Shown here: in pieces, positions 58,193 through 64,000 of the stretch | Position numbering within the stretch: position 1 is the first letter of the stretch | How the letters are laid out: every line of letters begins with the position of its first letter | Origin: Pseudobdellovibrionaceae bacterium | Lineage (GTDB): Bacteria; Pseudomonadota; Alphaproteobacteria; Micavibrionales; Micavibrionaceae | NCBI GenBank assembly: GCA_050251555.1 | Contig: JBFWMN010000001.1 | Coordinates: forward strand, 26,806-90,805 | Direction: 5' to 3' | DNA: 64,000 nt | Notes under the pieces: model-generated | The model's input: the letters and a program-made list of their open reading frames with translations, nothing else | Told to the model about the DNA's origin: nothing | Database searches by the model: none | Translations under genes and position numbers: made by a program

Positions 58193-58896
58193 GGCAAGGC
58201 AATCCCCGCACGTCCCGAGCCGCCTGAACGTGCCCGTTTCAAATGAATGGTACCGTTCTCCAGATGGAGTTGTGGGTGCGGAAACTCATCGATAATGGCA
58301 AGATTATGCGTCGCCATCACAATGGTTGTTCCCATACGGTGCAATTGTTCGAAAAGTTTTAACAGGCGTGAGGAAATATGGTCGTCCAAATTCCCTGTCG
58401 GCTCATCCGCCAGCAGAAGGTGCGGCTGGGAAATTACAGCACGGGCGATTGAGACGCGTTGCTGTTCACCGCCCGAAAGAGTAAGCGGGTAGAAATCCAT
58501 GCGGTCACCAAGCCCGACCCAATGCAGCAATTCCTCAACATTATCCTTGATGCTTTTGGCATCAGTGCCGCGTAATCTCAAGGGGAGCGCAACATTTTCA
58601 AAAACGCTCAAATGATTGAGCAGGCGATAATCTTGATAAACAATGCCGATTTTGCGACGCACGGGCACAAGCTCGTTGCGCGTGGCTGCGGTCAAAGACG
58701 TATGTGTGTCAAACATGCGGATTGCACCGCGTGTCGGCTTTTGCATGAGACCCAGTAAACGGATCATTGAGGTTTTCCCCGCACCCGATGCACCCGTCAG
58801 ATAATGAAATGAGCCTTGATGGAGCGTAAAATTCAGATCCGATAAGATTTCAGGGTGAATGCCGTAGCGTAAACCCACATTTTCAAATTCGATCAT
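58189..58896 (-). CDS. ftsE: Cell-division ABC ATPase FtsE
   Basis: 235 aa. Walker [10 protein letters not shown], signature [14 protein letters not shown] and Walker [13 protein letters not shown]. Confidence 0.9.
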   Translation of the reverse strand: MIEFENVGLRYGIHPEILSDLNFTLHQGSFHYLTGASGAGKTSMIRLLGLMQKPTRGAIRMFDTHTSLTAATRNELVPVRRKIGIVYQDYRLLNHLSVFENVALPLRLRGTDAKSIKDNVEELLHWVGLGDRMDFYPLTLSGGEQQRVSIARAVISQPHLLLADEPTGNLDDHISSRLLKLFEQLHRMGTTIVMATHNLAIIDEFPHPQLHLENGTIHLKRARSGGSGRAGIALP

Positions 58897-59693
58897 GGGG
58901 CGACGTCCTCCCCGTCTTCGGTTACAACCGTATGGCCTTGCAGATGATCAAGAATAGCTTGCAGGGCAGAGGCGCGCATATAGGCATTATCCACCATATT
59001 TGCCGCCTGAATTGCCGATTTGATATCGCCTGCTTTCAAAAAGATGCCGCTGATCGTACGTGCTGATTTATTGCGGTAGGAGTGCGATGTAATCTGTGAG
59101 AGAGCCTTAAAGGCTTGCAACGTATCACCGCGCTCTGCCGCAACTTCGCCGATCTCACCGAAAGCTTTATGCTGAAGCGCGTCGTTTTTCATGGCAGATG
59201 CCGTCTTGAACGCCTCCTCATATAGCCCTGCAAAAGACTGGCTCATGGCGATATAGGTTTCGGCGATATCATGCGAGGGCAGGTGCGTGATCGTGTCCTT
59301 TTTGGCCTTCAACTGTGTAAACAGGCTGTCATAGGCTGCTTTATCCAGCTTGAGGTCCGCCGCGGCCATGCCGATTCCGCGAATGGTCATAGCCTTCGTG
59401 TCAGGGGTTTCGATCTTGTCGATCAGGGAGAGGGCTTTGTCGAAATAACGATCGGATGCATAGGATTTGGCAAGCTCACGATAAGCCGCATCGCGCCAGC
59501 TCTTTTCCTTGATTTGTGCTGCGGCTTGCCTGACGGCTTCGGACAGGCATTTCGCATCAGGCTTTTCCATCTCGCCGCATTCGACCAGCATTTCGGGCGG
59601 CGTGACGTCATCCTCGTTTTGCGCAAGCGCATGCGTCAGGGGAGCAGCGCTGCCCATAACAGTCAAAGTGAGGATAATAGCTGCGAAACGCAT
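58893..59693 (-). CDS. Secreted helical-repeat (TPR-like) hypothetical protein, translationally coupled to ftsE
   Basis: 266 aa with signal peptide MRFAAIILTLTVMGSAAPLTHALA/QNE. It has repeated A/K/Y-rich helical segments. Its stop overlaps the ftsE ATG (ATGA). Confidence 0.65.
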   Translation of the reverse strand: MRFAAIILTLTVMGSAAPLTHALAQNEDDVTPPEMLVECGEMEKPDAKCLSEAVRQAAAQIKEKSWRDAAYRELAKSYASDRYFDKALSLIDKIETPDTKAMTIRGIGMAAADLKLDKAAYDSLFTQLKAKKDTITHLPSHDIAETYIAMSQSFAGLYEEAFKTASAMKNDALQHKAFGEIGEVAAERGDTLQAFKALSQITSHSYRNKSARTISGIFLKAGDIKSAIQAANMVDNAYMRASALQAILDHLQGHTVVTEDGEDVAP

Positions 59694-59792
59694 GCGGGCG
59701 ACTTTTCCTAAAACTGATAAACCGATATAGTCTCGTGAGAACTTTTTAAGCCAATCACCTTTTTATACAAGAATACAGGCGGTTTCCAAGGG

Positions 59793-60614
59793 ATGATTCT
59801 GACTTGTCCAGAATGTACGAAGCAATTCAAAGTGCCGAGCGATAAAATCGGCCCTGAAGGCCGTATGGTGCGTTGCCAATCCTGCAAAACCAAATGGTTT
59901 GTGGATGCTCCCGACTTTGCCGATGTGCTGAATGAAACATCTGGTGATGCGGGTAAAGATGTTTCCGCAGCCATTGATTCCTTCCGTGAGGCCGAAGAAG
60001 AAGAGCGATTGCGCGCTGAGGCAGAACGTCGCGCCCGTGAGGAAATGGCGGAAGAGCGCGCCAAGGCCCGTGCTGAAGCACGTGCCGCACAAGGTCATGT
60101 CCCCAAAGAAAGAAAACTTCATGTCGAAGGCACTGATAAAGGACAAAACACGGTCTTGTCTGTATGTGCGGGCATTATCGGTTTTCTGCTGCTTGTGATG
60201 CTGAGTCTGCCTTTTCATCAGGCACTCAGTACGGCCTGGCCTCCTTTGAATTCACTATACAGCGTTATCGGTTTTCCAATGGAGGTCCCGGGCGAGGGGC
60301 TTGTGTTTGACTCGGTTGTCGTGGACCAGGACGGGAAAACAGTGAAACTTGATGGGCGTATTATCAACCTGACACCCAAGCTTTCCGATATTCCCTCAAT
60401 TGCTCTTATCTTGCTGCCGACAGAAGATGATGCGCACGCCGAAGTCGAAGACGGGGAGGTAAAGCCCTTAGCTGAGCCTATTCACTTCACGCTTCCGGAA
60501 AAAGAGATTAATGGGGAAAGTGAATTGACCTTTACACATGTCGAGCCTTTGCCCAAAGATTGGGCCCAAAAAGACTTTCAGGTTAAACTTGAATTTCTTC
60601 CTGTAATAGACTAA
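59793..60614 (+). CDS. MJ0042-type zinc-ribbon domain protein with central TM segment
   Basis: 273 aa. Zinc ribbon MILTCPECTKQFKVPSDKIGPEGRMVRCQSCKTKWF, a charged EERLRAEAERRAREE region, and a TM segment. Confidence 0.8.
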   Translation: MILTCPECTKQFKVPSDKIGPEGRMVRCQSCKTKWFVDAPDFADVLNETSGDAGKDVSAAIDSFREAEEEERLRAEAERRAREEMAEERAKARAEARAAQGHVPKERKLHVEGTDKGQNTVLSVCAGIIGFLLLVMLSLPFHQALSTAWPPLNSLYSVIGFPMEVPGEGLVFDSVVVDQDGKTVKLDGRIINLTPKLSDIPSIALILLPTEDDAHAEVEDGEVKPLAEPIHFTLPEKEINGESELTFTHVEPLPKDWAQKDFQVKLEFLPVID

Positions 60615-60626
60615 TTATAAAGCAAA

Positions 60627-63125
60627 TTACCATTGTCTTAGAAGGCGTTTATAATAGTCGCGCTCGATCAACGGGCGTTCCTGCTGGCGAGCGCGTTCCC
60701 GTAAAAGCTTCATGATTTCTTCAATGGGTTTCTCACCATTCTTGTCGGGAACTTTAACATCCGAATAATCGCTGATCGGCCCTTTGCCGTTACGGCCAAA
60801 GGGATCGGGCTGGGGTTGCCCACCTTTAAAGCCGAAGGGAAGCCCTCCTGATTTGGCAAGCTGCTGCTGGAATTTCTTGGCCAGAGAATCCTGTGCACCC
60901 TTTAACTGGTCTAAGGCGTGTTGCATATGTTTTGAGGCGGGTTCGGGATTATTGCCCAAAAGCTCCTGCACGGCAGCCCCCATAGCGGCATTGGCTTTGG
61001 CAAGCGGGTTCGTGTCCATTCCCAATTGCTGCATCAAGGTTTCCATTTGGGCAATTTGCTTTTGCAGCCCGCTTTGTTTGTCAGCGATATTGCTGCAATT
61101 CGGGTCGTATTTGCCTTCCTCGACATGCTGGCCCGCTTTTTTCAGCGTCTCTTTGAGAATGTCTTCCTGATCCGAAATCATATCCTGCATATTGCCCAGA
61201 GCTTGCGCTGTCTCACGCATCTCGGGGCTCATCGATTGGGCCATAGAGGGGTTCAAGCTTTTCAGCATGTTTTCCATCTGGGCAAACATTTGTTCGACTT
61301 TCTCCATATTGCCGTCCAGCATTTCTTGCTCGATTTGCGCCAGAAAATCATCCATGGCACCGGGGTCAATCATTTGACCTGCCATTTCAGGATCAATGGT
61401 CGGCAGCGGTTCGCCTCGGGCCAGACGGTCTTGCGCTTCCTTCATGTAATCCTGCCAGAATTTCTGTAAGGCTTCGCGTAGTTTGGATAAAGCCTCCATT
61501 TTGCTTTCTTTGGTGCTGTTCGGGTCATGCAGCTTTTCCATGAAACCTTCACGTGCCTTGGCGACTTCCTGCGAGGAGCGATAGAGGTGGCCTTGTTCGC
61601 GCTCCATTGCAATATCCCAAAGCATACCGACGACGCTTAAGGTGGCCTCATCATCCGCTTCCATATGGAGGCGATGCCCCGCAATGGTAAGAGCCAGAAA
61701 GATGGTTTTGTCGCCATCATAACGGTGCAACTCGTTCCTGAGGAAGAACAAGCTGTCACCAAGGGCGCGGCGCTGATAATCCTTTGAAAAGGCCAGCTCT
61801 TTGCGAATCTGAATAATGTCTTTGGCAAAGGGGTCGTGGAATTTTCGCTCGGGCAGGGTGAGGGGGATCGGATCGCTTTGCCCGATATGGCCTGCCGCAT
61901 CTGTTACCAGAAAGCGCAGCTCAACTCTGTTTCCTGCCCAAATATGGCCTGTGAGATCAAAACGCTCGGAAATCTCTTTGGGCTCCCCTTTATTGAGCGG
62001 AAGCGCCAAAAGCCGCTCCTCGGAGGCGGGTTTGCCGATAGGCACTGGGAAGGTGTCGGGAGGCAAAGACATGCGTACTTTGATGCGCATGATGCCGTAA
62101 TCATCTTCAACCTTAAGCGGGAAGGTCAGCGCGCCATCCATATCTTTTGACGGCTCACCGTTTAAGGCAACTTTCGGTGCCTCATCAGGCAGGAGTGTGA
62201 CGGGAACACGCAAGCGCGAAAACCCATGTTGGATAATCTTGAGTGGCTCTTTCGTAACGGTGCCCGTCAAAGTGGTTTCCAGCCCGTAAACATCATCATC
62301 CAGCTTTTTAAAAGGGGTTTTGATATCCTGCCATTTTAAGTCGGGTTTACCGAAATGTGTTTTCAAAAGAAAGCGGGCTTTTGTCCCTTCGGGCAATTCC
62401 AGGAGCTTTGTACTCAACTCTCTTTTTGTGAATGTCTTTTGTTCAAGCCGCGTATATTCAGGCGGGATGAAGGTGATACTCAGAGCGCTGTCTTGCGATT
62501 GTTTCGCGCTCTCTCGGAACGGTACGAAGGTCTCGCCTAAACGTACAGACCAGTCTTTTCCTGCCATCACGAAACCGATCAGCAGCAAGAGCGCGGCAAA
62601 TACGCCGATGGCAAACGGGTCTTTTGGGGAAAAGGAAAAGCGTGGAGGTCTAACTTTAAGGCGATGACGCAAAATGTCTTTTAAGCGCCAGATATGAAGA
62701 CGCCACAGGGCCTGTCTTTCATAATCACCGGCTTCGACCAAGTGGTCTTCGACACCGCTTAAGGGCGTGTGGCGTAATTTACTGTCAGCTTCAAGGCGCG
62801 CATCAATTTCTTTTTTGTCGGGTATTTGAAAGGTTTGAAGGCCGCGCACAAAGGTGAGAGCAAAGCCAATGAGCCCTATAATGGCAAAGACTGTCCGCCC
62901 GGCAGTGCCCATTGCTTGGGGGAGGCCCGTCATGGCAAGCCCGCCCATCACAGCAATGACGATGAAGCAGGCAAAGAAACATGCGCCGATTTCTTCGGCC
63001 CATAGGATCAAAGCGGCTTTACCGCGCTTGGAAGCTAAGAAATGCGCAAATTCATGCCCGAAAGGCGTTTTTTTTGCGCTTTGGGGTGGTGGTGTTTCAA
63101 TATTCGGGTCGTCTGGAGTGCTCAA
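60627..63125 (-). CDS. Large membrane protein of the alphaproteobacterial DUF4175 / TIGR02302-like family
   Basis: 832 aa with a TTG start. It has N-terminal TM segments and a long C-terminal coiled-coil/Q-M-rich region. The family call is by recollection only. Confidence 0.6.
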   Translation of the reverse strand: MSTPDDPNIETPPPQSAKKTPFGHEFAHFLASKRGKAALILWAEEIGACFFACFIVIAVMGGLAMTGLPQAMGTAGRTVFAIIGLIGFALTFVRGLQTFQIPDKKEIDARLEADSKLRHTPLSGVEDHLVEAGDYERQALWRLHIWRLKDILRHRLKVRPPRFSFSPKDPFAIGVFAALLLLIGFVMAGKDWSVRLGETFVPFRESAKQSQDSALSITFIPPEYTRLEQKTFTKRELSTKLLELPEGTKARFLLKTHFGKPDLKWQDIKTPFKKLDDDVYGLETTLTGTVTKEPLKIIQHGFSRLRVPVTLLPDEAPKVALNGEPSKDMDGALTFPLKVEDDYGIMRIKVRMSLPPDTFPVPIGKPASEERLLALPLNKGEPKEISERFDLTGHIWAGNRVELRFLVTDAAGHIGQSDPIPLTLPERKFHDPFAKDIIQIRKELAFSKDYQRRALGDSLFFLRNELHRYDGDKTIFLALTIAGHRLHMEADDEATLSVVGMLWDIAMEREQGHLYRSSQEVAKAREGFMEKLHDPNSTKESKMEALSKLREALQKFWQDYMKEAQDRLARGEPLPTIDPEMAGQMIDPGAMDDFLAQIEQEMLDGNMEKVEQMFAQMENMLKSLNPSMAQSMSPEMRETAQALGNMQDMISDQEDILKETLKKAGQHVEEGKYDPNCSNIADKQSGLQKQIAQMETLMQQLGMDTNPLAKANAAMGAAVQELLGNNPEPASKHMQHALDQLKGAQDSLAKKFQQQLAKSGGLPFGFKGGQPQPDPFGRNGKGPISDYSDVKVPDKNGEKPIEEIMKLLRERARQQERPLIERDYYKRLLRQW

Positions 63126-63268
63126 TGGGCCGGATCCGTGTTCGGATTAGGATAGATTTCCGGGAACGTATCTTTTTTCACGCCTTCGGGCGCGTCCACT
63201 TCCTTCGGTTTGATGCCGCAGCCGCTAAGTAAAACTGTCATAAGAATAAGAAGAGTGCAAAAACGCAT
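63122..63268 (-). CDS. Small lipoprotein, 48 aa (below the ORF-track size cutoff)
   Basis: My translation: MRFCTLLILMTVLLSGCGIKPKEVDAPEGVKKDTFPEIYPNPNTDPAH. It has lipobox LLSGC and GGAAAG about 7 nt upstream of the ATG. Its TGA overlaps the TTG start of the 832-aa gene (ATTGA). Confidence 0.6.
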   Translation of the reverse strand: MRFCTLLILMTVLLSGCGIKPKEVDAPEGVKKDTFPEIYPNPNTDPAH

Positions 63269-63409
63269 AGTGTGCTTTCCGATACCGTGCTATGAAAAAA
63301 TTAACTGCTTATACTGCATCATAAAAGAGATGGTCGGGGGAGGCCAGTCATCTTTCCCCCAAAATTCTGTCAATCTTGCCCTGAAAACAGATAGTTTTTG
63401 ACACCGCGC

Positions 63410-64000
63410 ATGTCCAACACCACTCAAAACGCCGATAAGAACGAGGTTTTTACCCAAGCTCAACTGGATGGGCTGGCGGCGCTTCATCAGCGATTCTTGC
63501 AAGGACGACTGGGCGGCAAGCGTGCCGTATTGCGCCATGTAGACCTGACTGGTTTGTCTTTGGCAGGAAAAGATATGCGTCAGGCCGATTTCACATCCGT
63601 CATTATGCGGACGATGGATTTGACGGGAACGTCTTTTCAGGAAGGGACGCTGTATTCATGTGATCTGAGCTATGCCACGTTGAACCGCGCCTCCTTTCTA
63701 AGGGCCGATCTTAGAGGCTCACGCATTGAAGGTGCAGATTTACAACGTACGGATTTGAAAGATGCGGATTTGCGCGAAGGTGGCGTTATGGACGCCTCCG
63801 GGAATGGCGGCATTTCCACGGTGAATTTCAGAGGCGCAAATCTGACGGGCGCGCGTCTTTCAGGATGTCTGGCAAACCGAGCCGACTTTTCCGATGCGAT
63901 TTTGGCTAAAGCCCATCTTGGACATGCCGATTTTCGCGGTGCCGTTATGGAAGGGGCTGATCTGACGGGTGCGGAAATTGAGGGCATTCAGCTTTCGGGA
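63410..64000 (+). CDS. Pentapeptide-repeat protein, 5' part; continues past the right window edge
   Basis: Not in the track because it has no stop in the window. My translation from ATG 63410: MSNTTQNADKNE...LRHVDLTGLSLAGKDMRQADFTSVIMRTMDLTGTSFQEGTLYSCDLSYATLNRASFLRADLRGSRIEGADLQRTDLKDADL..., which follows the A(D/N)LXX periodicity. Confidence 0.75.
   Translation, partial: MSNTTQNADKNEVFTQAQLDGLAALHQRFLQGRLGGKRAVLRHVDLTGLSLAGKDMRQADFTSVIMRTMDLTGTSFQEGTLYSCDLSYATLNRASFLRADLRGSRIEGADLQRTDLKDADLREGGVMDASGNGGISTVNFRGANLTGARLSGCLANRADFSDAILAKAHLGHADFRGAVMEGADLTGAEIEGIQLSG

Noticed and set aside
63290-63987. Minus-strand ORFs 63290..63538 and 63670..63987.
   Set aside because: They overlap and are antisense to the pentapeptide-repeat gene, whose five-residue periodicity is clear. 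The Ala/Arg/Ser-rich translations are typical shadow frames.

Overview
This 64-kb chromosomal segment reads like an alphaproteobacterial core region. All family calls come from motif recognition on the supplied translations; no searches were run, and GC statements are by eye. About 60 tightly packed protein genes lie on both strands, many with 1-4 nt start/stop overlaps. They include a partial HDAC-family gene, a PPP phosphatase, ispH, rnhA, a class A PBP, mgtE, maeB, tRNA-Leu(GAG), lipB, serS, pcm, nlpD, yajC-secD-secF, an Mth938/NDUFAF3-like gene, sodB, trmFO, carD, fdxA, ldcA, phrB, clpX, sufE, hisS, cobT-cobS, a J-domain protein, bolA, accA, xerD, aroK-aroB, a CorC-type transporter, secA, a parvulin PPIase, mutT, plsC, ftsEX, a DUF4175-like giant protein and a pentapeptide-repeat protein. 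The one clearly accessory stretch is about 7.7 kb (about 14.96-22.79 kb), visibly AT-richer, wedged between nlpD and yajC. It holds two divergent paralogous exported proteins whose sequence pattern looks like tandem TIMP/NTR modules. Each sits directly upstream of a serralysin-type (M10B) gene. The first M10B gene is only a 5' fragment, fused to a second copy of the nlpD 3' end and frameshifted in a G8/A5 tract. The second is an intact 1645-aa multi-block RTX metalloprotease with a type I secretion C-terminal domain. A 0.54-kb direct repeat (nlpD 3' end, terminator, promoter region) brackets the first cassette. Its coding part differs from the resident nlpD almost only at synonymous sites. My reading is a protease/putative-inhibitor cassette locus with turnover, which may be an undescribed metzincin-inhibitor pairing. 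Other points worth a look are: a PPP-phosphatase paralog with every catalytic motif degenerated; a mutT interrupted by an in-frame TAG ahead of the Nudix box; divergent genes whose start codons share one CATG; an untracked 48-aa lipoprotein gene; and a 417-bp structured non-coding gap. I saw no CRISPR array, IS element, phage integrase or rRNA.
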